DNA of 64,000 nt from Felis catus (taxonomy: Eukaryota): positions 129,954,001-130,018,000 of the forward strand of contig NC_058368.1 in assembly GCF_018350175.1 (NCBI RefSeq). The letters are read 5' to 3'. This document shows, in pieces, positions 49,629 to 63,860 of the stretch (position 1 is the first letter of the stretch; each line of letters begins with the position of its first letter). Below the pieces are notes generated by a model. The model was not told where the DNA came from, ran no database searches, and saw nothing but the letters and a program-made list of their open reading frames with translations. The position numbers were made by a program, and so were the translations under genes.

Positions 49629-51902
49629 GTAAGTTACCAAAGCTGCTTTTAAAATTTGGGAGAGCTATATATTACCACATTCTTTAGGTCTGAAAGAAAC
49701 CGTCTGTTGGTCCATTCATCCACCTTTCGATCTCTGTTTCCATCCCTTACTGTAGAATTAATGTAAGCTGAGCTTTGAAATTTGGAGTATACTCCTAACA
49801 CAGATACATTTTGCTCCTTGTACATGAAGTAGAGTTTAACTGTTAATCTGAAATCACTTTTTCTTGTCTTAGGAGAACAGAAGATTTACTCTTTCACTTA
49901 CCGAAAACCTGTGACCCTCAACACATTTAAGTTGTGATGCATGTTCTTCTGTTTTTAGGAGATTTACTGAAATTGCTTCATGAATTTTCGCAATGAATTT
50001 TTTCTCAGATAATCACAGGCCTTTATAAAAATTACCTTATATTAACTGCTAGGTAGGAAAATAAATCAGAAACACCTAAAATATTTTGCCTTTAAAATTA
50101 TTTATAATCTTGAACTTCTAAATATTTACTGTGACCCATGAATATAAAAATCGCTACATAAGTAAACTTCTTCCCATTTCCTCTTGGAATCCATTCTAGT
50201 CTCCTGGCCTCACCAATATTAATCTTGTTGTGCCTTCTTTCCTCATTTGTACTTGAGAACGACGCTAATATCCCTCGAAAGTAGGGTAACTAAATTAATA
50301 TATGAAATGGACATGGGATGATGCCGAACAGCTAGTAATTAGGGGTGTCTCATTATTTTAGCTGTCATTATTTCAGGCTGCTTGCGATGTTCCCTCCTCG
50401 AATTACTTACGCCACACTAACCCTCAGGGGCTTCATCTTCAGTGTATAGCTGGTGCTGCGCTGCTCTGACAGCCTGCTTTTAAACTGTGCTACAGTTTAA
50501 TCCATTTTACTTGGCATTTTCATTAGGGTGACGATAGCCTTTCAGTATCATCTAACAGTTTGTCTTTTCTCTTTTCTCACCTCTGCTATTTTAAGCATTA
50601 AAAATATAATTGGTGTTACAGAAAAATATAACGTCTTCCTTCATAGGATTCTAAACTTGTAATGAGTAATGGGTATTCTGCTTCTGTTCATTTGTCAGCT
50701 TTTGTGCACAGTCTATTCACATCCTGTAGTCTGGTAGATCTACTCTTAGCACATTAATCTACTCAGATCTGTTTTTCATCCTGTAGGAATCCTCAGTAAC
50801 ATCCTATAGTACTAATTGTAATCCTAACTTGATTTTGAAGGCAAGTGAAACATTATCTTAAAGAGCACTGTAAGAGCATAGTTTCAGAAATAGCACTTTA
50901 AGTTCCTTGATTCAGTTTTGTGATTTTAAATACTATTTGAGAGCTGATTATTTTACTATTACTGTTGTAATCATAGGCAGTAATAATTTATAGCAAAATC
51001 ATTATTTTTTCAAATGTTTGATTTTGTTTGAAATCAGTCGTCACAGTAGCTTTTCAGTGTAGGTTTATATTGTCATCTCTACTAAGGTGGACTAAGCTAT
51101 ATCTTAGTCTTAATGCTGAGGATACCACAGCATTGATGGTTAAGCTGGGATCACATATCTTAGCCTTGAATAAGTCTAATTGTGAATACCATGAGAATTT
51201 TTCAGTAACTTTTCAGTAACAATATTAGTTGCACTGTATCTTCAGGGTTACAAGTATAAATAATGCATTTTCTTTCAGTAATTATATTGTTCGACTGTGT
51301 TATGTTTATCATTAGAAATTTTTTAAGAACTAGCTAGATGTCCCTTGGTTATAATTTTAAAAAGTGGAGGTGTTTGCTGGTAAATGATTCTGAATTATTA
51401 TTTAAAAGAAAAACCAGTCTAGTGTCAAAGGGTTTTTCATATTAAGTGAAAATATTTACTTACAAGGAAGAAAAAGTGCAGCTGCTTGGTTCCAAGACTG
51501 CATGATTGAAAGTTTGATTTACTTACTGTCATTGTTGTCTTCAAGTGGTCCCTAAAATGTGGTGTCTGCATTTCAGTAGCTGCTTTGGCAGAGGATAGCC
51601 AGCAGTGATGGAAATTCAGGAAAGTGGTTGATCAGCTTACATCAAATTATGATCGTTCTCATGGTTCGTTTTAAATAAGGATGGAATTGCCATTCAGGAA
51701 AGCTATGAAGCTGTCCAGACTTTTTGATTTTGTCCACTTTCATTCATCTCCTGTCTCTACTACCTGTTTGGGGGGAATTAACAGAAGATCAAATGCAGCT
51801 CAAAGCATTTCATTTAATTTCTAAGGTCTCTCCCTATCTGGTATGCTCTAGGAGTAGAATGACAATTTTGTGACCTCTTCCATAAAGAATTACGCTAGTA
51901 CA

Positions 51903-52133
51903 GGGGTGCCTGGGTGGCTCTGTTGGTTAAGTGTCCGACTTCAGCTCTGGTCATGATCTCGCCGTTTCTGGGTTCCAGCCCTGCCCTGGGCTCTGTGCTG
52001 ACAGTTACAGCCTGGAGCCTGCTTCAGATTCTGTATCTCTGTCTCTCTCTGCCCCTCCCCTGCTTGAGCTCTTTCTCTCTGTCTCTCCCAAAAATAAGTA
52101 AATATTAAAAAAAAAAAAAAAAAGTTAAAAAAA
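51903..52133 (+). mobile_element. CAN-SINE with TSD
   Basis: TSD aattaMgctagtaca. Confidence 0.92.
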
Positions 52134-53609
52134 ATTAAGCTAGTACATTAGCATTTTAGGTTGCTTATAATAACTTTTCTGTGATGTGTGACTTAGTAGG
52201 CATTTGTAAGGTGTACTTTCCAAATTGAAGTTTTTGAACATATTAATGTTTTCTGGCAAGTTGATGGAACTGGCTAAGTAAGCATTAAGGAAGCATTTGA
52301 TATATAGTAAGTAGCCTGTGTTAATAAGGCATTTCTGATCATTCTTTCATGTTAAGTATTACTGAGTTTAAGCCCCAGAAATACTTTGGTGATCTGCTTC
52401 TGTATGTAATAATCTAATTTTATATATGCTTACTAAATGCTTTAGTTGATATAAATAAGTTTGAACGTTATTAAAACTGCACTAATTTCTCATTTACCTG
52501 TGCTGATAGTGCGGTAGCACAAATAACGGTCTATCCAAACATCACTGTTTCACGTGACTTTGAAGTAATAATAGTAATACCGTATCTACATAACATTATC
52601 CTTTTTTTCCAAAGGAATGTTTTAGAATCTCATCTTACTTACCCTTAAAATAGTTTAATGACCAGATACTGATGAGGAAACCAGGCCACAGAGAAGTAAC
52701 CTCTTACTCAAGAGTTACAAATTTAGGGAAAGCCTGAAATTAGAACTGAGCTTTCTTGACTCCTAGCCTGAGGCATTCTTTATGATTTTGATTTCTAAAA
52801 TTTCTGTAGGTGTTCTAAATGTTTTCAGAAATCGCACATACCATTTTGCTAAAATTGCAGAATGCATGAGAACTGCACGTTTGAGGGGAAATTTACCAGC
52901 TTCAAATACAGCTCAGCTACCATAAGTCACTGGAATTGGAATTAGATCTGTAGAGTTAGTATAGTTTGTCATGTCTTGTGGTAGCATGGCTAGGAAACAG
53001 GTAGTTAATTAATTTGTACATTTGCTTTACTTTGACAATTAAATGTAGTTTGCAGTTATTGACACAACTGTAACCAAGAGCTAAAGAAATGACTGTGAGG
53101 AATGCCCAATTTCAGGGAGGACATTAATGATAATTCACACAGATGGTAATTATTTTGTAACAGTGAGTATTTACTATATTTAAGTATTAAATCTTTACGT
53201 ACTTGTTGAGTGCCCACTACATAATACACTATTCTTGAAATTGAGGATATTGGAGTGAACAAAATATATAAACCCTAAGGGTAATGGAGCTTATAGTCTT
53301 AAGAAATTATTTATGTATATTAACAATGTCAAGTTTATGAAGCTTTATTAGATTAAGTAATAAATATCACAGTTTTCTAAATTTGTAGTATGTTCATGAA
53401 ACTTGGAAGTTCTGTATATATAGTGTTCCTAAGAAGTATTTTTTACCCTGTTTTAATAAATCAGTTTAAGAATGTAGCTGGGGTTTTGTCCCCCTCACTT
53501 CTTTGACAATAACTTTTTTCTCTTTTACTAGTGTTAATAGATGTTTGCAGGCCTCCTATTTGATTAATTTTTTCAAGAGAAATACCATTTCTCTTGACCA
53601 ACACTTTTT

Positions 53610-53833
53610 TTTTTTTTTAATTTTTTTTTTCAATGTTTATTTATTTTTGGGACAGAGAGAGACAGAGCATGAATGGGGGAGGGGCAGAGAGAGAGGGAGA
53701 CACAGAATCGGAAACAGGCTCCAGGCTCTGAGCCATCAGCCCAGAGCCTGACGTGGGGCTCGAACTCACGGACCGCGAGATCGTGACCTGGCTGAAGTCG
53801 GACGCTTAACCGACTGCGCCACCCAGGCGCCCC
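53610..53833 (-). mobile_element. Young felid CAN-SINE with TSD
   Basis: TSD gaccaacacttttt. Confidence 0.95.
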
Positions 53834-53916
53834 GACCAACACTTTTTAAGATCATTTATACTTGCAGTGATTTTGATCTGTTTTTCATCTTTTAGGTACA
53901 CTTATGGGAATATGTC

Positions 53917-54120
53917 TTTTTTTTTTTTTTAAGTATATTATTTTGGGAGAGGGAGAGAGCAGAGGAGGGGCAGAGAGAGAGGGAGATCAAGAATCCCAAG
54001 CAAGCTCCACACTGTCAGCTCAGAGCCGATGCAAGGCTCAGTCTTATGAACCATGAGATCATGACCTGTGCTGAAATCAAGAATTGGACACTTAACCAAC
54101 TGAGCTACCCAGGTGCCCCC
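53917..54120 (-). mobile_element. CAN-SINE with TSD
   Basis: TSD tatgggaatat. Confidence 0.9.
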
Positions 54121-54428
54121 TATATGGGAATATATCTTATATCTTAATGTATTTTAGAAGAAATATTTAGTACTATCTTCCCTCTAGTCCAAAAATATGA
54201 ACTATTGTTTTTCCATTATTTGTCTCAAGAAGTATATTAGAATTGAAAACATTTATGCCATATTACAAACCAGTGAAAATATCATTTTAACACATTGTAC
54301 TTTTAAATTGCTGTTTGCTGAATCAGCTCTGCGCGTGACTTTTTTACTGGTTTGTAATCAAGTCTTTAGCTTTTGATAGCCTCAAATATTTATGTGACTA
54401 TCAGAGTTTTAAATTTTAACTTGTATCT

Positions 54429-54650
54429 TGGGGCACCTGGGTGGCTCAGTTGGTTAAGTGTTCGACTTCGGCTCAGGTCATGATCTCATGGTTCATGGGT
54501 TCGAGCCCTGCGTTGGGCTCTGTGCTGACAGCTCAGAGCCTGGAGCGTGCTTCGGATTCTGTCTCCAGTTCTCTCTGCCCCTCCCCCTTGCTTGTGCTCT
54601 GTCTTTCTGTCTCTAAAATAAATAAACATTAAAAGAAAATTTTTTTTAAA
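54429..54650 (+). mobile_element. CAN-SINE
   Basis: Full body; aaattttaactt on both flanks. Confidence 0.92.
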
Positions 54651-57600
54651 TAAATTTTAACTTTTACCTTATATAGATCAAGCAGAATCTGCAGTCTCAC
54701 CGAACTAAATTTTGGATACAACCAGGTGTCTGTGGGCTGAATGACATTGGCAAACTTGGCATCACAGTTTTCCGCTTTGACTGTAGCACATCTAAGCAAG
54801 TTGATTGTATTTTAGGTTGGGTTGCGTTTTATTTGCTAAATTCATAACCAGACCCTAAGTCTCCTGGCAAATACCATAAATCCTGAATAGGCCTTGTCTA
54901 TTGCCTTCCCGTGAGTATTGTCTCCTGTGCTGCTGTTGTCAAATATAGCACTGGATCAGAAAGGGACAGAAGTGCTGCAGTATGGGAATTAAATTGTCTG
55001 AAAATCAGAGCCTTATAGGTAGCTAACATGTTTTTTTCCCCTTTCTCAGAGTAGATAGACCAGACCACCTCAGCCTGCTCTACCCCTCTGCCTTCCTGCC
55101 CTCCTTTCTCTTCCTCCAGCTCCTCCTGTCATCACCTCTTCCCCCAGAACTTCTCTTTGCCTATTAAATCCATCAGCTTTCCTTTAGACTTTTACTTAGT
55201 AGAATTTGGAGCACATTGCCAGAAGGAAAGTTACCTTATTTTCATTTGAAAATACTCTGTGATGTTGTTTCATAAATGTTCAGTCAAAATAGAATGTTGG
55301 AAGGGCATCCTAGGCTAGTGGTTGAGTTGGGAGGTTGTAAACCCTCCTAGTGTGATTTTAACCACCAAGAATTAGTCAGATGATTGTTTCCTGCTCTCAT
55401 TTATTTACCTCTAGAAAAACTCAACAGACCTAGTAAAAGAATTGTATTTGGCTGTCACTGATAAGGTACTGTGATTTTTTTTTCTTAGTTAACTAACAGT
55501 AATCTTGAAGTTCATGATTTATAACCAAAATACTTTATTTTGCAAGTAATATGAAATTAAGGCATCATTTTACTGGTATTTCTGAACTGTCTTTTGACAT
55601 TCCTAGCCCTATCACATTGAGTAATCAAGGTAAATGTAGGATTGTTGAAAATACTCTTATTCAACTTGCCTGCATTGTCAGGCTGGTTATGACTTTAGAG
55701 AGCCCTCTTTTTGCTTTTTCTTACCGTGCCAGTTCCATTACACTTTTCACCCCTGCTTTCTTGCTACCTCTTGACCTCATCCTAATTAGAGACTGATCCT
55801 TATCCAAAATCCTGAACTCTGACATTCCTCTCTCATCACAACCTCTTCTTCTTCACCATACCATGTCTCCTGAAAATTCTGTGGTGTACCTATATCTGGA
55901 GTCCTGTAATTTGTTCTCACTTTCACACTCTTTTTGTAAACTTTCTTATTTTCACTAACTTTCCCACCTTTTAACCTAAATGTTCTTGTTTTTCTGCTGC
56001 TGCTAACTTTGGACAAGCCATAGTCATAATCTTTGCCTCCCCACTTTAGACCTACTGAGTTTGTGGGCCTAGAAATCAGGCTTACGTATTTCTTAAAAGC
56101 TTCACATGTTATTTTGGTGTCCAGCCAGGGTTGAGAACCACTATAATAGGAATGAAATTCCCTGACCGTCTTTTATAGACATCGTGATTCCACCCAGCCT
56201 TTTGCGCCTTGTTTTCTTCACCCTGCTCTGTCTCCTAAACCAGACGCCTTGTCTCCATGAGTATCAGAGGTTTTCTTGGCGTCTGTTACAGAGCTCTCAG
56301 ACTTGTCCTTACGTGTGGAGTAGCCCCTTAATCCTCTTTCCCTTCCCTCAGCTTACTCATTTACTGTTTTCCTCATGAGACGCTGTCTCTACTCACTGAT
56401 CATCCTTCTCACCCATGCCCAGGTATAGAAGTAATCTCTCCCTCTCCTGGATTTACCTAGCATCTTCTCTGTACATGTCAACTGCTTATACCATCTTCTG
56501 CTTCATGTAACCTAGCAACTCACATCTGTGATCTCCTTGAGATTGGGAAACATGTGTCACTTATGTTTGTGTGTGCATGTGCTTATATCTTTGTATATTT
56601 CTGTAAAGCTTTGTTGAGTGAGCATTTTTTATATTACATATTAAAGTTTCTTAAACTAAGGCATTCTCTGTAATATTTAAAGCACTTTAACATACTATGT
56701 ATAATATACTACTAGAACTTTTTTCCCCCTTTTTTTCCCTTTCATTTGAAGAGGTTGACTCTAAAATATACCCCTGTTTTCTTTGGGTCCTTGGACAACT
56801 ATTCAAGTTAGTGAGGGTAGTGTCATCGGATCTGTTTCCCTCTGCCTTAAGATGACAGAAATCTCTCCTCTTTTCATTCCCAAAACAAATCTAGATCCAT
56901 AACCTACTGTCTCCTTTCTCTTCTTGAAGCTTATTGGCACCAATGGGAAAGTAGCAGCAATACCATGCAGGCATAATTTTCCTAACTGACTTTATAGCTA
57001 ATTAATCCTGGCAAGAACTGTGTATCCTGTGTGTTGTGGTCCATCATATTGGTGGTCTTTACATAAAATCCAGGAAACACTCCAGAATACTATTAGCCGT
57101 TAACCTGATCCTCATCCAAAGTTGTTGTTCATGTGGCTTTTAGTCTTCTCAAGCTTTTTATTGCTTTAACAATATGCCCCACAGGACATCTTGTAAAAAG
57201 CTACTTTGTAATCTGTAAGTAATATTTTGAGGGAATGACAGTATTTAATATTATTTGTTAAGAGTAATTAGTGCCAAAAATTATGTGATAAATAGAAACT
57301 GGAGATTTTTAAGACCTTATGTGCATTTATACCCTACCTTTCCTCGGGGTGGGGGGAATGTTTCAGGGTATACGAGTATCAGTCCCTAAAAACAATGTTC
57401 CAATAACAACATATAAATAAAGACTTGGGAAAATGCCAAGTATACATTTGGCTTTGGGAACATCCAAAGACCCTAGTTTCACAACTGTTAATTCAGAAGC
57501 TGGATGACGAGGTAAATTTTAGGATCAGTGTTGTATTTATTTAGGCGGAAATCCTTAACCTAAATTTCAGCCTGTCTATTGATTTCCAGGGGACTTTTAG

Positions 57601-58419
57601 AAACACCTTGAGATTGTACACAGATTTGGGTGAGGATGTACATTATGGGGAAGAGGTGATGTATGCCTTTTATAAGATTTGTTTAGGGCTAATAAAAGCT
57701 CAATTGAAGATAACCTCTTGACTGTTTCTACTACTTTTCCCTGTAGGATTTAGATATAGATCTTTGATTTTTTTCAGATACACAGTATGTGTTGTCTTCC
57801 CATCCTAATTTTCCTTCACTTGGCCCACAGGCTTTCTTTGTCTTGAATAGTGAGCGAACATTGAAGCACTTAGAACCAAATTGTTTTTAAGTCTGGCTAG
57901 TTGGTTATGCATAGTGTTTCCGTGCCACTAGCCAAATGCAATGTAGGCTGCCGAGAGAAATAGTAAATAAAGTTGGGCTTAGGGGGCCAGGGAGACAGTG
58001 TCCAAAAGTAAGAGAACCTTGGGATTATTCTTGTTGCCTTTTTTTTTTTTTTTTCCAATTCACTTGAGAATTGTTCTTATATATCACTCATGGTTTCCAT
58101 AGCAGGAGTATGTTTTTCACAAGCCAATGTTTCCAAAGATTCCTTTCCAGTTTGCTTTCTGTGTCCTAAAAGTAAGAGGATGACTTTCAGGTTAATACAC
58201 ATTTTATCTGTTTTCTTGAACAAATCATTGAGCATGCATCAGGTACAGTGCTGGTGTGAACTGAGTGTTATGTGTCGGAAGATGACAGAGAGTCGAAGAT
58301 GAGGTCTGAAGGACAGATTTAGGAGAGAAGCCTTGCCCCACATCATGGATGCTTTAGACAAGAGATATAATTTCCTTTGTTTTTTTGAGACTGTAAATTT
58401 GTTAAATTGGGGTTGTTTC

Positions 58420-60110
58420 TTACAAAGATGGAGATACAGGCTTTGAAATGATCCTTCTACCTAAAATCACCGAAAACAAGACAAAATTACGTGAAACAGC
58501 TTTTTTTTTAAGATACTGCAAATCAGAATATGAAGCATAATGATCTCTGAGAAAAAGAAAACAAACCCTCTGGTTGCCACAGTTTGCTACCTGGAGGGAG
58601 AGGAGGGGCACAGGGAGCCTGCTTGGGGCGGGGGGGTAGGGCACAGGGAGCCTCCTGGTCTCTCTGATTTGAGGAGATGAAGCTGGAAGATGCCAGAGTG
58701 GCTTGAATTACCAAAGAAAAGGGAGTAGCCCGCTTAGAACTTGGGGGATCTTGGGAGGGTCCCTTCTGAGTCTTTAGCTGAGTACTGATCAGCACATAGA
58801 AGTGCAGAAGTTACCCATGGCCAGGGAAAGAGCCTCCAGGAAGGATTTTGAGGGGAACGGTATTCTGAGCTGACACAGCCAGGACTGGATCGTGTTGTCA
58901 GAGTGCAAACCCTCAGGAATGATAGGGCATTAGGTAGAGGGTTCACAAGTGTGTGTCCGTGTTGGTACAGAATTATCCCCGTATTAGGTATTGTTCTGAT
59001 CCTGCCAAACAAAGGTAAAAGCAAAATCTGAAAAGATTGAACTGTTACCAAGCAATGTAGTCACATCCTAGAACAAAACTCATGACTGTCATCTAGAAAA
59101 ATTTCCATTACCTAACAGGGCAGAATTTATAATGCCTGGCATCCAGTAAAAACCTACTGGCATGCAAAGAAGCTGGAAAGTCTCCCTACTGAGGGGGAAA
59201 AGTCAATCACTTATAACTTCCCAAGAATAGATACCTATGGTAGAAATGGTAGAAAAGATCATTAAAACAGTTTTTATAACTGTGTTCCCTCAGTTGAGAA
59301 GCTAGAGGAAAGATTAATCTGGTAAATACAGATGTTAAAGATATTTTAAAAAGTGAAATGAACCTGTAGCGATTAAAATCTGGAATATCTGGTGGGGTTA
59401 ATGTAGACGAAGTATTAGGGAACAAAAGATGAGTGAATTTGAAGATGAAGAAATAGAAAGTCTCCAAAAAGAAACAGGAAAAAACCCAACAAAGGAAGGG
59501 AGGTAAGCTGTGTAGGACGTGTGCAAGCATCCTCATGTACGAGTCACACAGGTCCCCGCATGACAAAAAGGAGAACAGAAGAAATATTTGAAGAAATGAT
59601 GGCCAGAATTTTTCCAAATTTAATGAAAACTATGAGTTCAGAAGTCCCAGAAACTCAGAGAACCCCAAGCACAGGAAAAAAGACTGTAGACCAAGGCATA
59701 TCACAATCAACTTGCTACTTACATCCAGTGTTGAAGAGAAAATCTTAAAACAGGGAGGAAAAAAAGATGCATTATATAGAGAGGATAAGAGATAAGAATG
59801 ATAATAAACTTGTCATCAGAAACTATGCAGACGGGCTGACAGCAGAACAGCATCTTTAAAATACTGAAAGTGGGGTGCCTGGGTAGCTCAGTCAGTTAAG
59901 CATCCGACTTCAGCTCAGGTCATGATCTCATGGTTCATGGGTTCGAACCCCGCGTCGGGCTTTCTGCTGACAGCTCAGAGACTGGAGCCTGCTTCAGATT
60001 CTGTGTCTCCCTCTCTCTCTGCCCCTTCCCCGCTTGTGCTCTGTCTCTCTCTCAAAAATAAGAAACGTGAAAAAAATTAAAATACTGAAAGAAAACTTAT
60101 TAAAATTTTC
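58420..60110 (+). mobile_element. Old L1 5'/ORF1 region (sense), interrupted by a CAN-SINE at 59872-60078
   Basis: Translation EEIFEEMMARIFPNLMK...ETQRTPS is L1 ORF1; SINE TSD aaaatactgaaag; left boundary uncertain. Confidence 0.75.
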
Positions 60111-62304
60111 TCTTTACTGAATTAATCTTTTAGAATAAAATTGAAAGTAAAAACTATTTTGTTTATATTTACTACGTAGTTAATTTATAAAGTTAATCAA
60201 ATTTTATTTTGATGACAGTGGATGATAGCATTCTGTCTTCTAGGTGTTTTTTTGTTTGTTTTTGTGTTGTTGTTGTTTTTTTTTTTAACAATGCAGAGTA
60301 TTTATAGAGCATTTGCATAATCCATAACAGTATTGTAGATGACCACAGAAAATCTCTGATAGTGTCAGATTCATCTTACACTACTGGGTATATTTCATGC
60401 TACTGCTTGAATGAAGCCACAAAAGGGTAGGCATGAGTGCTTTATTTATAACCATCAGAGAAGTACTCACATTTGTTCCCTTCCATTTTGCGCTGTGATT
60501 CCTTTTTCCCTTCAGAATTGCTGAGGTAACTTCAGTTTTTTCTTCAGCCTTTGATACGTAGTGGTCTTTAAAGTCTGTAGATCGATAGTAGGAAAAAGCA
60601 GTCCTACTCAAGAACTGATTTTTTACGAACATCAAGTAGATCCCAGTTGTGAATTGTGACTGTTTTTATTGATGTCTCATGAAGCTGTTATGAAGAGGTA
60701 CAGTTTGTGTTTGTGCCCCTGCCTTGTAGAAATTTAGTTTTTAAATTTTAATATTAAATAGCAGTTTGCAGAGTTCTGATTACAAATTATTGCTTCTGGT
60801 TTTGCAAAGAAAGCATTTGTACTATTAAAGTAATTTTTATCCATATGACTTATTTGTTGTCACTTCTGTGTTGGTTGTCACCCACATATTTTCAGCCAAA
60901 TCTGATTATAGAAGATCTAACTTATTAAAATTGTGTGCAGATCCTCACCCTTCTGCATTCTCTTGAAAACACTTCTCTTAACTCTTTGTCAAATACTATA
61001 TTCCTGCCTGCTGCAGTTATGCAACTGTTTGCTCTTGACTTCAACACAATGGCAAGAGTAGCTTCTTCAAAATGGATGGTTTCTCTTTTGTGTTTATTCA
61101 ACATACATTTTTGTATGCTCACCATGTCCAAAGCATTGATCATTACAATTAGTATTTCCTCTACTATTATGTATACCCATAGAACCTATCTTCTGGTGTA
61201 TATTGATTGGTAATATATACATATTCTTTACAGACATTGAATACCATTAGCTTATTACAAAGCCGGTTTCATACAATAAGAGGATTTCCTTTTTATGTAT
61301 GTTTCTCTCTGAGTCTGCATTCTCTAAGTTCAATTACCTGACTATTAATGCTGTTGTTAGTGCATCCTTATCTTCATTTCCAGATGATGCTGAAATGTAA
61401 AAAGGGTTGTCCTAAGGCACATAACTTTACCTAAGGATATCTGTATAAAATATTTCAAAATTGTAGATTGAACATAGCTTTCCTGATAAGTGAGATGCTC
61501 AAAATCAACGTTAAGCTTACCCAAATCTTAGTAATACACTGTTTTAATAGGTAATTCAGCTTTTACAAAGTGTATGCTTGAAAATGACATTAAAACAGTT
61601 CAAGAGGATGGGCAACAATGAATTGAAATAATCCAACAGAGATGTAATAAAGACACAAATTGATAACCAGGCATCCTCCTGAGAAAGCAGTTCTTTCTGT
61701 GATCAAGCTAAAATGTTAATCAAAAAATAGTTTGAGATACAGAGGTTGAGATCTTTCACAGTAGGCTAGATAATCACAATCATAAGATGCTGGAAAAGAA
61801 AGTGCCATTGAAAATGCCCTTGAAACTAAATAAAGTAATGGCTTCTGAGTTTTTGTTTTTAGATGAGACTTCAGATTAATTGCTTGCTGACCTCAATATT
61901 GTTCTTGAGTTTTAGAAAATAGGCAACCTCATTGCTTCTTGAATTGAATTTATTTACCTGAATTATTGCTAAAAACCTTAATCAAAAATAGTTAAGTAAC
62001 TTTGCCAGTGTGCATTTGGAAATTTTGGCAGTGTGGTATTAGACTTAGCGCTAAGTAAAGTCTTCGTGTTTATCCATGAAGAATATGGCCTCCTTTCGGA
62101 GAATGCATTTTCAATAACTTAGGTAACATTCCAGTGAACATGAGACTATTTTCTTTCTTTTATTCCTCCTTTTTCCTTTTTATTAATAAATTATCAGTAA
62201 TGCTAATTGTGTTTTTAGAAGGAACCTGTCTTTTGAGGGAGGGGAAATTAAAGAGCCTTTACAAAGAATCCTTCTGCGTAGCAAGTTCCTATTTTGAAGT
62301 TTTG

Positions 62305-62503
62305 TGTTTTTTTGTTTTGTTTTGTTTTAATTTTAGAGAGAGTGAGAGTAGTGGAGAGGGGCGGAGGAAGAGAGAATATCTCAAGTAGCCTCTACACTCA
62401 GCACAGAGCCCCATGCGGGTCTCGTTCCCACAACTATGGGATCATGACCTGAGCCAAAAATCAAGAGTCAAGCACTCAACAGACTAAGCCACCCAGGCGC
62501 CCT
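62305..62503 (-). mobile_element. CAN-SINE
   Basis: Antisense body ending ccacccaggcgccc. Confidence 0.88.
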
Positions 62504-62669
62504 GAAGATTTTGTTTTTAATTGTGACAATAACCTATACTCTTTTAAAAACCACAAAATTAATTATATGATATGAAATACCTTTCCCCAAGACAGCCTTT
62601 TACTGACGTATTTCTTTCCAAACATTTGCATATATAAACATCTGTATATAGTTCATAAGTAAACACTAC

Positions 62670-62770
62670 AGGGGTGCCTGGCTGGCTCAGTCAGTGGATT
62701 GCACAACTCTTGATCTTGGGGTTGTGAGTTCAAGCCCCATGTTGGGTGTGGAGATTACTTAAAAATAAAA
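62670..62770 (+). mobile_element. Short old CAN-SINE (tRNA head only)
   Basis: ggggtgcctggctggctcagtc...gagttcaagcccc...gagattacttaaaaataaaa. Confidence 0.85.
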
Positions 62771-62808
62771 TCTTTTTTTTTTTTAAAGATTATGCTGCTT
62801 GATTATTT

Positions 62809-63015
62809 AAAAAAATATTTTTAATGTTTATTTTTGAGAGAGAGAGAGAGACAGAGCGTGAACAGGGGAGGAGCAGAGAGATAGGAGACATGGAATCAGA
62901 AGCAGGCTCCGAGCTGGCAACATAGAGCCCGACATGAGGCTCAAACTCAAAAACTGTGAGATCATGACCTGAGCCGAGGTCGGACGCTCAACCGACTGAG
63001 CCACCCAGGCGCCCC
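62809..63015 (-). mobile_element. CAN-SINE with TSD
   Basis: TSD ttgattattt. Confidence 0.9.
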
Positions 63016-63156
63016 TTGATTATTTTTAAATGTGGTAAATGCATGAGCCTGTTTCCATATGCATACATTTAGATTTGCATCATTTCTTTGAATAGTTCTA
63101 TTTGATCACATTCCATTGAATGGATCTCCATCATATGCATTTCTTGAGCAGCACTT

Positions 63157-63265
63157 TTTTTAATTTTCTTTATCAAGTTTTTAATTTAAATTCCAGTTAC
63201 CATACAGTGTAATACTAGTTTCAGGTATAAAATTAAGTGATTCATCGCTTGCATACAGTACCCAG
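63157..63265 (-). mobile_element. About 110-nt 5'-truncated carnivore L1 end with 16-bp TSD
   Basis: TSD ttcttgagcagcactt; body similar to the L1 end at 35500. Confidence 0.85.
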
Positions 63266-63529
63266 TTCTTGAGCAGCACTTCCAAAGGTAGTTTGCAAAC
63301 AACAAGGGGCTCAAGAGTATTCTTATTTCACAAGTGATATTATGTATCAATACTATGAGTGATGACAGTATTTGCCATTCTAAGATAGTATTTTTCTTGT
63401 CATCGTGTGGGCATTTGCACTGGTTGTGCAAAAACAACATTCCCCACCCAAAGGCAGGTATAACAGCTGGCCCTTGAGCATCAGTAAAGGCGATGGCAGC
63501 AAACTATGCTAGTAATCAGCCTCTTTTTT

Positions 63530-63860
63530 ACTACCGTATACTCACATTTTGTTTTTTAAAGCCATTTTCATTGAGGAATGTTCTTGATGAAGTAGTACAA
63601 ATGACCAGTTTCATTACATCACCACTCTCAAGTATGCATTTTTAAATACTTTCTGTGTCACGAGGGGAATGTTCTCTGTGACATCGGTTGTCATGAGGAA
63701 AAGTCCTTTTGCAATAGAGTTGTGAGCTAAATCATCCGTCTTTGTCATGCAATACCGTTTGAACATTGAAGAATGGCTGACAGGGAAACATGGTGATTTA
63801 GACTTGGGTATTTGGCATACATTTTCTCAAAAGCCAGGCTCTCACTTTAAGGAAAAACTA
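63530..63860. mobile_element. Probable Charlie/hAT transposase relic
   Basis: ttcttgatgaagtagtac...tttaaatactttctgtg...atttagacttgggtatttggcatacattttctcaaaa resembles Charlie-family coding remnants. Confidence 0.5.

Noticed and set aside
59207..59748. 136-aa and 75-aa ORFs
   Set aside because: Antisense and sense frames of a decayed L1 ORF1
63461..63487. cag|CTG GCC CTT resembles the expected start (LAL...) of the IPO11 terminal exon
   Set aside because: It reads LALEHQ* with an immediate stop and has no polypyrimidine tract; the true last exon must lie beyond the window
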